Made by a program: the position numbers and the translations under genes
Part shown: positions 23,196 to 35,059 of the stretch, piece after piece
Layout: each line of letters begins with the position of its first letter
Position numbering within the stretch: the stretch's first letter is position 1
Assembly (NCBI RefSeq): GCF_004010195.1
Contig: NC_057728.1
Span: forward strand, 51,775,444 to 51,839,443
Direction of reading: 5' to 3'
Source: Chiloscyllium plagiosum
Lineage: Eukaryota
DNA: 64,000 nucleotides
Notes under the pieces: generated by a model
The model's database searches: none
What the model was told of the DNA's origin: nothing
What the model saw: the letters and a program-made list of their open reading frames with translations, nothing else

Positions 23196-26100
23196 TCCAG
23201 TCTACAGTGCAAGGTAGAGATTGGATTCATCAACTTTTAATACACTGCTGACAAATTAGATTAATTTAAATATTATGGGGGTCAATTATTTCATAACAAT
23301 GGGTTTGTTTAATATTACCAGCTATTTCAACAATAAATCAGAGAAATCCCAGAATAAGATTAGTACGTTCATTATTTAGACACTAATCCCAGGTTTGGAG
23401 AAAGTAGCTTCAACTTTTACATGACACCAACACCTCATGGAAATTGAATGATTAAACAAACAGATTTGCCAATGAGTTTTCAGGAATTGTCAGAAGTCAC
23501 ATGACACCTGTGTGAAACACGACACCAGGTATCACCTGTGTGACACCTCACCTGATGAAGGACCTGCGCTCAGACAGCTTTTGATTTCGAATAAACCTGT
23601 TGGACTATAACTTTCTGTCATGTGACTTCTCACACATGACTGTGGAAGATGTGGCAAGTTTTTTAATGAATTACTGAAATTCATCATGTGTTGTATCTAC
23701 AACATTCTCTGATTTAAACAGTAGGGGAACTGCTGGGCACCTTAGTCCTGTGGGTGTGCCATTAATTTGTCTACCCCAGTCCAACACTGGCACCTCCACA
23801 TCATGGCTATTCAGAAATTGACGGAACACAGTGTAGAAACACAGCATGGAAACAGGCTATTCGGCTCAACCAATCTGCGCTGGACTGTACCCTCCACAAA
23901 TCATTCTCAGCAATCATGTGCAAACCTTCAATCTCTCCTCCCTTATCCCCCAATCCCAGTTAAACTTGCACAAACAATAAAACCCTCATGTTGCGTCTAT
24001 TTATCACATCTCAAGGGTCCCATTCAATTTGCTGCATCACACTTTGAGGAAAAAAAACAAAATAATATTCTGAAAGCAACAAAATTCCAAGGTCATTGTG
24101 TCTTTTCTTAACATCAAACTCGCATCCTGTTTACTCAATAACATCAGTGTCCTCATTGATCAATTTCTGAAAAGAATTGGTGCTCAGGCACTTAAGGATT
24201 GATTTTGGATCTTGTATAGTATGGTATACTATGGCAGTCAGAAAATAAAACTCTAATGAAGTACATAGGTTTGACAAAATTGGTAATGACTTTTACGAGC
24301 AATGTAGAACCACTTTGAATTTGTATAGTTCCTTTATCATAGTTTACCAATGACAAATGGAGTTACAAATATGAATATAAGTATAGGATAACAAATCTGG
24401 ACCGACAACAAATCTTACATTTGTTGAATCTTGTCTAAATGATATACATGTTCCCAATGCAGTTCATCTTGCACTCACCAGGGCAAATACAAGTTTACCA
24501 AATTTAAATGATCACAATTTATACTAGAAGAGAAAAGGGATCAGGGTTTTGCTATGGAGCAAGTACCCAGGTACTATAGGCTCCCCCCATTTCCAGGTCA
24601 TAAGTGTCAAGGCTCGAACTTAATGGTTACAGAGAAAGGATCCTTAGCTATGAATGTACATTAATTCTATAATTGCAAACTGGGCATTTAAGAGCTTGAG
24701 TGATCGTCTTAATTTGTTTGTTACAGTAAGCATTAGCATACTCAGGAATCTCAACAAGTGCTCTCTAATTGCAGATTGACATTTAACATTTTGTTTTGGG
24801 TTTGCTGTCAGCCACAATATTTATATCGAAAGTCCAGTTTTGTTTCTGGTCAAAGGCAGTCCCCTGGACATTCGTAGTGGAAGGGATTCAGCAATGGTAA
24901 TGTCATTGAATGTCAAAGGGACGTGGTTAGATGGGCAAAATGTAATTAGCAAACTGTACAAGTTTACTTTTAATATCAACAATATGAAAGCTTTCAAGTA
25001 TAACGCTTTAGGAACCGAGAAAATACTTTACTCTAAATCATTTAGCTCTTCTCTAAAGAAATGCAATTTATCATACTGCCTAGTTGCAATATTTCGTGCT
25101 CGGTTCTGTGTAATGATGCAGCAATGGAAAATTGAAAGCTTATTTGTAGGCTTAGCTGCATTTACATTTGTCTGCATTCTGCTGTTAATCATGGGTGAAC
25201 TATTCACTCACCTTTCAATTAATTCCAAGACTGCAGTGTCGCAGTCAGTTGGACACATCCTCAAAGGGCTCTCATAATTAGAAGACGCACAATTTTTTTT
25301 TAAAGTCCTGCTTTTTGTGCTTTTTGACTAATTAAGCTTAAAGAAGCTGGTTTGTTTCAAAGGCCTGGAAATGAAATGGTGTCCATGAAGTGGCTCTCAA
25401 AGTCTGGAATGAATCTCGGATCTGCAATCCTTATAATATGAAGAGTTGCAGATTCATTAGTTAGGATCTGTTTAGTGACTGATTCCCCTTTCTACTGTGG
25501 TATTGTGTGATGTCAGACAGAGTGAACACCTTATTTCATAATCAGAATTGAAGATTACAACCCTTAACACTCCTGAAATGAACACTGTCATTCTTTTTTA
25601 AATTCTTTAACAAATAAATTTTGCCTTTATATGGTTACTAACTTCTGGTACCTTAGCATTCTGTGTCCTTTCATTTTGTTTTGTTTTATAAGTAAGCCAT
25701 ACATTTGTAAGCTGCGATCAAAAGCAGCAGAATATTTTATTGATGGTAATTTACAAATGCTAAAATGAAGGAACCTAAATAACAAGCATCCCAGGTCTTT
25801 TCAAATAAAGTCAGTGCTTCTTGGCATTTCAAAAGTAGCAGGAGGTTTCGGAACACGTGAAGAGCCATCAGCTTCAGCAGTTGCTCAGAAGTGAACCCCA
25901 TCTTCTCATATCCCCCTCATTTGCTTACCACTCCAAAAAGACAATGGTTGTTTCAGTATAGAGGTTTTTAAAGCAGCCTGTTACAGATGTGTTATGGCAC
26001 ACCTCCAGAGCAAGTGAGAATTGAACCTAAGCTTTCTGGGTCAGACATAGGGAGACTCAGCATAACCTTCCGACTTTCCTAGATGACATTAGCCATGACT

Positions 26101-26393
26101 TCAGCTTGAAGTCATTGGTGTTGAGAAGAATGAGAAATAAGCTTACTAACACACATTATGGGGGGGAGGAAGGATCATAGGGAAAAAGCTCATAGGATAA
26201 TTTCCCCTTGTAAGGATACCTTTGCCTATATTGCTTCTGTCCTTATGCTCCAACTCATTGAGAATGATGAATAGCTTGCCTGAATAAACATTATCAGCTG
26301 CCTTGCATTAGAACAGTAGTTTGAGAACACTGACTTGTGTGTGTGTGATATATATATTATATGTCTCACACACACACTAGAACCATTTTGTAG

Positions 26394-26394
<1 letters not shown>

Positions 26395-26444
<50 letters not shown>

Positions 26445-26446
26445 TA
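26395..26446. repeat. (TA)n microsatellite
   Basis: Seen directly. Confidence 0.97.
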
Positions 26447-27422
26447 CCATCTACAAAATGGACTGCAGCAACTCACCAAGCCTCCTTCAATAGCACCTTC
26501 CAAACCCACATCCTCTACCACTTAGAAGAACGAGGACAGCAACTACAGGAGAACACCACCACCTTCAGATTTCCAATCAAGCCATACATCATCCTGACTT
26601 GGAAATATGTAGTTGTTTCAGCTTCAAGAACGCAACTCACCATCACCTTCTCAACCACAATTCGGAATTGGCAACACATATTTTACACTTTTACATTTCG
26701 TGGGATATAAGTGCTTCTAAACAAAGCCTACATTTGTTCCCCATTCCTACCTACCCTTGAACAGAGCAGCTTGCTAGGCTATTTCAGATATCAGCTAACC
26801 ACATTGCTAAAGTCACATGTAGGCCAGAACAAGTCAGGACAGCAGATTTCCTTGCTTAAAAGACACTAGTGAAATAGATGTTTCTTTTACAAATAACTAA
26901 TAATACTTGTCATGGTTGCTGATACTAGCTTCTTTTTCAAGATTTATTAACTGAAGCTAAATTCCACTGCTGCAGTGAGATTTGAACCCACATCCCAGAA
27001 TATTAGCTTTCACCTCTAGATTACTGCTGAATTATATTAGCACTACACGCTATCAGCAACACTAAACTACAACTGCTTCCTGTTAACTCAGTTGTATTAT
27101 AAAGTTAAATTCCACTGAATCAGATTTAATTGTTCCTCATTATTTACAAGGACAGTAGTGGAGTCATTACTACTGGACAAGTTATTCTGAGAATACAGAT
27201 TGAAATCCCGCTGTGGCAGGCAGAGAATTGAAATTAGCTTTTAAAACTCTGGAAATAAGAAGATGAGGTTAGTATAAGTGTCCATTAAACTGTCAGATTG
27301 TCATAATTACCTTAAATATGCTCTTATTGGTAATCAGAATTAGATTGTATGGGATTAGTTAAAATCTATGGCATGGATTGAGAACTGGTTCATAGTCAGA
27401 AAATAGACAGTAAGAATAAATA

Positions 27423-27665
27423 CTGAGCTGAAAATGTGTTGCTGGAAAAGCGCAGCAGGTCAGGCAGCATCCAAGGAACAGGAGAATCGACGTTTCGGGC
27501 ATAAACCCTTCTTCAGGAATGAGGAATGACTTTCCTCATTCCTGAAGAAGGGCTTATGCCCGAAACGTCGATTCTCCTGTTCCTTGGATGCTGCCTGACC
27601 TGCTGCGCTTTTCCAGCAACACATTTTCAGCTCTGATCTCCAGCATCAGCAGTCCTCACTTTCTC
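27423..27665. mobile_element. Penelope-like inverted pseudo-LTR insertion (102-bp arms) with a 15-bp target duplication
   Basis: Arms 27425-27526 and 27532-27633 are reverse complements with one mismatch. cagtaagaataaata is duplicated at 27408-27422 and 27666-27680. Confidence 0.85.
27542..27569 (+). ncRNA. Minimal hammerhead-ribozyme-like motif (Penelope type)
   Basis: CTGAAGA-A-GGGC-TTAT-GCCC-GAAA-CG-TC: conserved core, 4-bp stem II and palindromic ACGT stem III. Mirror copy on the minus strand at 27489-27516. Activity is untested. Confidence 0.55.
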
Positions 27666-29689
27666 CAGTAAGAATAAATAGGTTAGTTTCATGTTGGCAG
27701 GCTGTGACTAGCAAGGTAACATCAGGATCAGTGCTTGGGTCCCAGTTATTCATAATCTATATCAATGAGTTGGATGACTGGGAATAAAATAAATTATTTC
27801 TAAGTTTGCAAACGACACAAAACTAGCTGGAAATGGGAATTGTAAGGGTAATGCAAAGACCTTCAAAGGGTTTCGAAAGCTGAGTGAGTGAACAAAACTT
27901 GGAAGATGGAATACAAATTAGGAGAAATGTGAAGTTATCCATTCAGTAGGAAAAACAGAAATGCAGGGTATTTGTTTAATGGTGAGAGGCTGGGAAGTCA
28001 AAGGGATTTGGGTGCCCTTGTTCATGAGTCACTGAAAGTGAATGTGCAATTAAGAAGGTAAACGGTATGTTGGTCTTTATTACGAGATAAATTGAATAAA
28101 AGAGTAAGATGTCTTACTGCAATTATATAGTGTTATAGTGAGGCTACAACTAGAGTATTGTGAGCTGTTTTGATTTTCTAATTTATAGGTAGATACATTT
28201 ACCATAGAGGGAGTGCAACAAAAGTTCATCAAACTAATGCCTGAGATAGGGGAACTGTCCCATGAGGAAAGGTTAAATAGACAAGGACTACAATCTCTGG
28301 AGTTTAGAAGAATGAACTATTCAATTCAAATGCATAAACACTTACAGGGATTGACAAGGTAAATGCAGCAAGGATATTCCCCTGATTTGGGGATCTAGAA
28401 ACAGAGACCATGAGCTCAGATTAAGGGATTGGCCATGTAGAATTGCAATGAGAAATTTCTTCACTCTCTAGTGAATCTTTTGAATTCTCTACCCCAGACA
28501 GCTGTGGAGGTTCAGTGAGTGAGCATGTACAAGACCGAGATCAATATGTTCCTACTTATTTAAAATATCAAAGGATATGAGGATAGTGCAGGAAAGTGAA
28601 GTAAAAGATCAGGCTTAATCTCATTGAATGGCAGAGTGGGCTCAAGAAATTGAATGGTTTGTTCCTGCTTCTATTCCCTATGCCGTTAAGGGAAAGAAAC
28701 CTGTTAGATGTACCTGTTCTGTAGGTGATTCCAGTCCCATACCGAACATGACTGACTCTTGCCTGTCCTCTAGGAGGGCTCTCAGTTGAATTCAACCTCA
28801 AATAGTGATTCAAAAGGACATTCCACCAATATTTTCTGAGGGCACATTTGGACAGCCAATGTTACCCACATTGCGAGAATGAAATTTTGTCCCGCCATTT
28901 ATTCATACATCATTTGAAAATTTGAAAGAGCTGCATAATGAATCATTGGATAATTGCAAAGATCGTCAAAATTAGTCCTGAATATTTTGGTGGCTAATTT
29001 AAGGACAATAGTGGTTTGAACAGTAAGTTATTATAATCAGGAATGGACAGCCTGAAAGAGCAATGAAAGCAGATTTAATTACCTTGAATCAGAAATTGAA
29101 TGAATACTTGGAAAGGAAAAATGAGCAGAGTTCTAGGGAAAGAGTAGGGAAGTAGGATTGATTAGATAACGCCTTCAAAGAGCTAGTAAAGTACAATTGC
29201 AACAGGGCAATTGGACTTATTCCGTGCTGTATGATTTTATGTGATACAAAATTGTAGTGAATTGTTCTCATATGCAAGCACAAACTAAAAATAATTGTAA
29301 AATGCGAAAATTGTCACACTGACCACAGAGAAATTCATTAACAAAAATTTCACCAAAACTCCGTTGTTTTATTTTCGTTGAGCTATCTTTGGCTGGATTT
29401 GAACCATTTTAATTAAGGAGAAGTTATTATCTTAATGGGAGTGTTACAACCAGATTGAATTCCTGGGGGCTCTAACACTGCTATTCTCTGTTGAGTAGGT
29501 TGGCATGCCTTTGGAGAAGGTGGTGAGGAGTTATATTAAATAGCTCCAGTTACCAAGCTCTCCTGTTAAGTGGGGATTCTGTAAAAGGTGGGATTTTATT
29601 TTCACAAAGAAGACCAACAAGAAGTTTAAGAAAAGTAATCAAAATTATGAAGGGAGTAAATAAGGACAAATTGGTTCAACTGACTGGAA

Positions 29690-29899
29690 AGTTGAGAGTG
29701 TGGTGCTGGAAAAGCACAGCAAGTCAGGCAGCATCTGAGGAGTAGGAGAATCAACGTTTCAGGCATAAGCCCTTCATCAGGAATGAACAACATCAAAACA
29801 TCGATTCTCCTGCTCTTCGGATGCTGCCTGGCCTGCTGTGCTTTTCCAGCACCACACTCTCGACTGTGATCTCCAGCATCTGCAGTCCTCACCTTTTCC
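29690..29899. mobile_element. Older Penelope-like inverted pseudo-LTR insertion within a CR1 fragment
   Basis: Same family as 27423-27665 but with more diverged arms. Flanked by tcaactgac at 29676-29684 and 29900-29908. Confidence 0.78.
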
Positions 29900-30299
29900 T
29901 CAACTGACAGGAGAGTATCTGACCAGAGGGCATAGATTGCAGATTATTGGCAGAAGAACCTGAGAGAAGAAGGGCAGAATTTATATTACATCATGAGTTT
30001 TTAAAAGGTACTGCTAAGGGAAATCAAAAATGGGTGAATTACTTTGCTCTGTACCTACAAGGCTTTCTGCTTGGCTCTCTACCCTGTCCAAAGAAGAACA
30101 TAGTTGTCAGTGAAATGCTTCTCTATTTGCAAAATGTGTAAATAATTTTGAAAGTTTCCTAATACCACTTCTCCTATGGGGATGAAGTGAGCCTCTGTTG
30201 TGATCAGGAAGCAAGTTAACACACCAAAATATGCATGTGCAAATCTTACAGGAAAGTTCAAATGCAGTGTAATCACTAAATGAACAGGCGAGAAACTGA

Positions 30300-31635
30300 A
30301 TCACAAACGTGCACACCGTACTGAGAAACCTCTGATTTTGTAGCCCATCTGGTCAAGAAAATTAATATCTCATTCAACCATCCATCCCCGGAATACACTT
30401 CTGGCCACAAGCATTTACAGAACAGTCACAATATTAAGAACAGTAAAGACTGGGTAATTTTTTAAAAATGTATTTGCATTTTGAGAATGTATTGCCTTCA
30501 TATATCTTGCACATCTGTACAAATAATACTATGTACTTCAAATTTATCCACAGCCATAGTTACCACACTTGGTGCTATCAGTGCTTTTATTTACAAAACA
30601 AAAAGCCTAGAGTTTCTTGTGTTATCTTTCAATTATTCTCCTTACCCATAGGGTAATATGTCCATAAAATCTGCTGACCGCATTTTGTAATTGCAAAACA
30701 TACAGGTACTATGTTAATTAAACATGACAAAAACAGTATACACACACACTAGAGAGACAGGCTAAAGAAATATTATTTCTACAAAATAGTCTGTCAAAAA
30801 TACAATAGAAAATTAGATACATATTTTCACACATACACAACATGGTTTCTAAGGCACAGCTTTAACAATCTTAAGAGTTTATGTGGCTATGCAAAAACAC
30901 AAGCAAATGTTGTCTGATGCCCACAGTACTGTACCTCTTCTTGTTGTGCAGTGCAGATAGAGCAGGATTACATCCAAGTGTAAAATCTGGTGGGCAGCAT
31001 GTTGCTGGTCTTCAGCATGGAAAGGCAAGTACACCAAAGTGCAGTGCCCCTTGCATTCTGCAGGACATCAGGCATTACTGAGGTCTCCTAAAAGTTGCCA
31101 CCATCACAGTAGCGAGGAGGAAAGGCAGGTACAGGGAGCAATAAGTCTCTCTTGATGATTGGGAATGAGATGCTGAGGTTTGTTGGTGGTGGGCAGGCAA
31201 TGAGCCACACTCCCTTCCTGGGGTCAACATCTCCTCGAGGCATTCGGTGGAGGGTTGGTGAGGTGATCTCATGGATCTCCACTTGTACCTTTAACTTTAG
31301 ACAAGGTAAAAAATGTTAAATCCCAAAGAGAGCATGACCATGTGTTAAAGAAATAAGTAATAGTTTACATGTGCAGATGTCCACATTGCAGACTGCACAA
31401 CTTAGAAGAAGAAATTAGCCCACCCTCCCAGATCATCATTTCTGATCCAATTGATCAGTCTCAGCTTTACAGAGGTGCTAGTATCACCAGGCGTTTCTTT
31501 AAATCCCTACTGGCAGAACATGTTTCAAAAAATGTTCTTCATGCGTTGCTTTCAGTGGCAATTCATAGTTGACCAGGTATTATTTGTGGGACAGTATTTC
31601 TACTGTCTAGATACGGTCATTATTGCAGGAGAGAA
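30300..31635 (-). other. RFX4: Probable RFX4 3' UTR (distal end not determined)
   Basis: Repeat-free sequence following the stop codon, AT-rich towards the distal end. Minus-strand AATAAA at 30586-30591. Confidence 0.65.
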
Positions 31636-31908
31636 TTATTTGGCCCACCCAGTGGTCGCTTCCCCATTGATGTAGGCAAAGCCGGGAAAATGCTGTGCGT
31701 GTTCGTACTCGGCACTCCTCCGGGGAACCAGGGGCGTGTACATCTCACTCGAGTTGCTGTACCGTGCTGAATGCATGGTGGGGCTGGGGTAACAGCTGTT
31801 AGCCGCAGGCACTTCAGGCCAGCGAGGTGTGACCGGTGTCGAATGCAGCCTTGGGGTGCTGCTCATCAAGCATGGCTCCATCCTCGGTGTCTGGCTGTTG
31901 AAAGGGTA
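31636..31908 (-). CDS. RFX4: RFX4 last coding exon: [90 protein letters not shown]
   Basis: Recognisable RFX4 C-terminus (…[18 protein letters not shown]). Acceptor tttgtgttccacag|, phase 0, 273 nt including the TAA stop. Confidence 0.97.
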   Translation of the reverse strand, partial: YPFNSQTPRMEPCLMSSTPRLHSTPVTPRWPEVPAANSCYPSPTMHSARYSNSSEMYTPLVPRRSAEYEHAQHFPGFAYINGEATTGWAK

Positions 31909-32014
31909 CTGTGGAACACAAACACAGCGTTAGCTGGCAACTAGAAGCCTGCTTCAGAAAATACACAGCCAACACTCCCTTCACTTATTGGAGTAAACAA
32001 AACCAAAGCGATTG

Positions 32015-32430
32015 GGAATCACACTATGGTTACAGCACAGAAGTAGGCCATTTAGCCCACAATACCTGTCCTGACTGTCCTAAGGAGCAATTTACCCATG
32101 GCCCAACCACCCTTTTTGGTCCCCCATAGTGCTGCACTTTCTCCCTTCTCAGATTGTAATGCAATTCTCTCTTAAAGACTTTGATTGAACTTGACTCCAC
32201 CACATGTTCAGGCACTGCATTCCTAACTAGCAGCGATATTGTCATTGCTTCTTTTGCCAATTGCCTTAAATCTATGTCCTCTGGTTATCAATCCTTCCAA
32301 CAGTGGGATCAGTGTCTCCCTATCTACTTTGTCCAGACATCTTGTTTATTTTGAACACCTCAACTAAATCTCTCAGCTTCTCTGCTCCATGGGAGACGGT
32401 CCCAATTTCTCCAAGGTATCTACATATTCA
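32015..32430 (-). mobile_element. Old CR1 LINE 3' fragment
   Basis: RNAVPEHVVESSSIKVFKRELH plus a CR1 tail. Confidence 0.75.
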
Positions 32431-35059
32431 AAGTAACAAGTGCAAGTAAGGCTAAGATGTAGAAGAACATCCGCAGGATGTGTAAGGATGGTAATTATAT
32501 TGTTAGTAGCCGAGAGGGCTGGACCATGATCTATTAAAGATAGTTTGAAATCCCACGACAATAGCTGGGGAATTTAAAATCAATTAATTAAATGGATCTG
32601 GAATAAAAAGTTCTTATGAATAATGGTGTTCGTGTAGGTATACAGAACATATATTTTTTTTAAAAAAGGCTGATTCTCTAATGGCCTTAAAGGAAGGCAA
32701 TCTGCTGTCTTTATCCAAACTGGTCTACACGTGAGCCAGGTCCCATGACAATGTGGTTGTCTCTTAATTGCCCTCTGAAATAGCCAAGCAAACCACCCTG
32801 TTGTACTCGAGAAGGTGCATCACCACCATCTCCTCCAGTGCAATTAGGGGGCAATAAATGTTAGCCTTGCCAGCATCATTCAGGGATAACATTTTTAAAA
32901 GTCCTAATCAGAAACCTGGTTGCTTATTTGTTGAATGTTAAAGTGACTGCTAATTTATTGCTATGTACGTCTGTCTATGCCTTAAGTTAAAGAAGATTAT
33001 ATTGTCCTGAATAGAGCATTATAAACCCTCTTGGGGCTTTTGTTCCCCATTTGCGTAGACAAATGAATAAGATCACACTCTAAATTTCCATTTAACATAG
33101 AATTTATACAATTATCTAAGACGTGTACACTTGCACAAAAAACAAATTCCAGCTTTAAAAGCTGACTCCTAAAGGAGCCTATTTAACTGAAGACTGAGGT
33201 TAAAACATTTGTATCCATGCCTCCAATGAAAGTAAGTTGCACGGTTTTTCATCAAGTTTCAACAATGCAACAATTGTAGGTTGTATTAAAACAGCCCTTG
33301 ATGTCATTGAATTAGTTCAGTGCCAAACAGTTTCAGCATTGACGCAGAACCAAGGGAAAGAAATTGGAAAATCTTATTTGTGCAGTGTTCCCTGTCACAA
33401 AGTGGTCATTAGGCTGACCTCTACCCAGAGCGAGGAGCGTATCTTGCTCCCAGCACCCAGCTTTTAACCAATTGTGCAATGGGCTGCGAGTGAATGTCAC
33501 ACCTCGATTAACATATTAAATGTTTAATGCCATGTTTAAGTGGGCATTCGGTTTGGGAGTGGATGGAGAAAGGCTAGGGGAGAAATTAGGCACAATCAGG
33601 AATTCAAGCCATTAATGAGTCACCCTGACAAACATTTTACCCTCAAAGAATATACATTATAAGATCAACTTTCCCTCAAAATATTTGCAAGAAATATTCC
33701 AACCTCCAGGGGCTGGATTTGACACTCCTCTGCTCACACGTACCTTTCCATTCCTGCTCCGACCAAAACCTTTCCAAAAGGACAATTGGTCAGCGATTTT
33801 TGAGAATTGGTTAGGTGGCATCACACAGCCCACTTGCCCATGGGTCAGTTCAAGCACTTAAGTGGACAAATGCTGTCAATTTAGGGGCTTCATCCCACCA
33901 TTGCTGAGCATTAACTGGCAGTGGGAGAGAATTATGCCAAATGGCCAACCTACTTGGTTTTCCAGGGTCTTAACAGCCCCTATTGCAGCACAAACTATCC
34001 TCCTCCCCTTCCAAATTAGTAACCCACCAAACCCTCCAGATATGCCCCATGCCCAGCCTCTCAAACCCTAATAACTCAGCCTATATGTAGGCCCTGCCAG
34101 CATAGTTCTGATATTGACCACTCCCCCAGCAAACAGTGGTCGAGTCCTGATTCAGTGCTGAGCACCTCCTCAATTCCAGGGTGCAGTACCAGCAGTGGCC
34201 ACTGCTCACAGTGGTGCTGCTGTAACTGCAGGACTTTCTCCATCTGATTGGGCAGTCGCCCTCCGCAAGGCAATTTCCTGTCCCTGAAGTCCTACCTCTG
34301 ATCTATTAATGTCCAGTTGACCACTAAATGGTTGTGGAGTAACCAGTCTCTCTGTTGGACAGCTCCTCATCCTTATGTTTTAGCTGGAGGGGGGTGATTG
34401 GGATCACAGCACTCCATTAATCCAGTTCCAGTCACACTGACTACAAAGAAATTCAGGAACTTGGGAGAAAAATGAACATTTGTGGTCTGTATAACTCCAA
34501 CAATAATGATGCTTTCATTATTTTTAACTGATTTAACTTATTAAATTAAAAGAACAATCAGAGATGATTGTTTGCATTAAAGTAAAGGACCTGCATTTAT
34601 ATAGCACCTCTCAATGATTCCCTGATACCTTCAACCACTTTGCAAGCAATAAGTATTTTCTGACGCATAGTCATAATGTAGGAAACGTTGCAGCCAATTT
34701 ACACAGTAAGATCCCACAATTAGCAATTCAATAGCAATCAGGTAATCCATGTTTTTGTGTGTTATTGATCGAGAGATAAATATTGGACAGGGATAAATAG
34801 CCTGTCCAACATTGGCTGTGGGATCTTTGACATTCATCCAAACAGACAGGTGGGCATTCAATTCAATGTCTCATTAAAGTAGACTTTTGCAACTTTTCCT
34901 CAAAATGGCACTGGGGTGTGACCTTGCAGTTTACGCTCAAGCCCCTAGAGTTGGTCTTGAACCCAGAACCTTATGATTAAGAATAGGCTACCCGCTAATT
35001 CACAGCATCTGGTGCTTAGGTACACTTGATTGTGTGCCAATGCTTACCGTGGCACTGGT

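Larger units (their letters stand above)
27330..28685 (+). mobile_element. CR1 LINE RT to 3' fragment hosting a Penelope hairpin
   Basis: WIENW, GSVLG, KFANDTKL and LEYC motifs, with many stops and a CR1 tail. Confidence 0.88.

Noticed and set aside
1..30000. RIC8B exons expected from human synteny
   Set aside because: I found no minus-strand translation resembling RIC8B. The gene probably lies outside the window if synteny holds.
33700..34430. GC-richer block, possibly an ancient non-autonomous DNA element (similar blocks near 54280-54720 and 57690-58100)
   Set aside because: Probably repeat-derived, but I could not define its ends or family well enough to list it.
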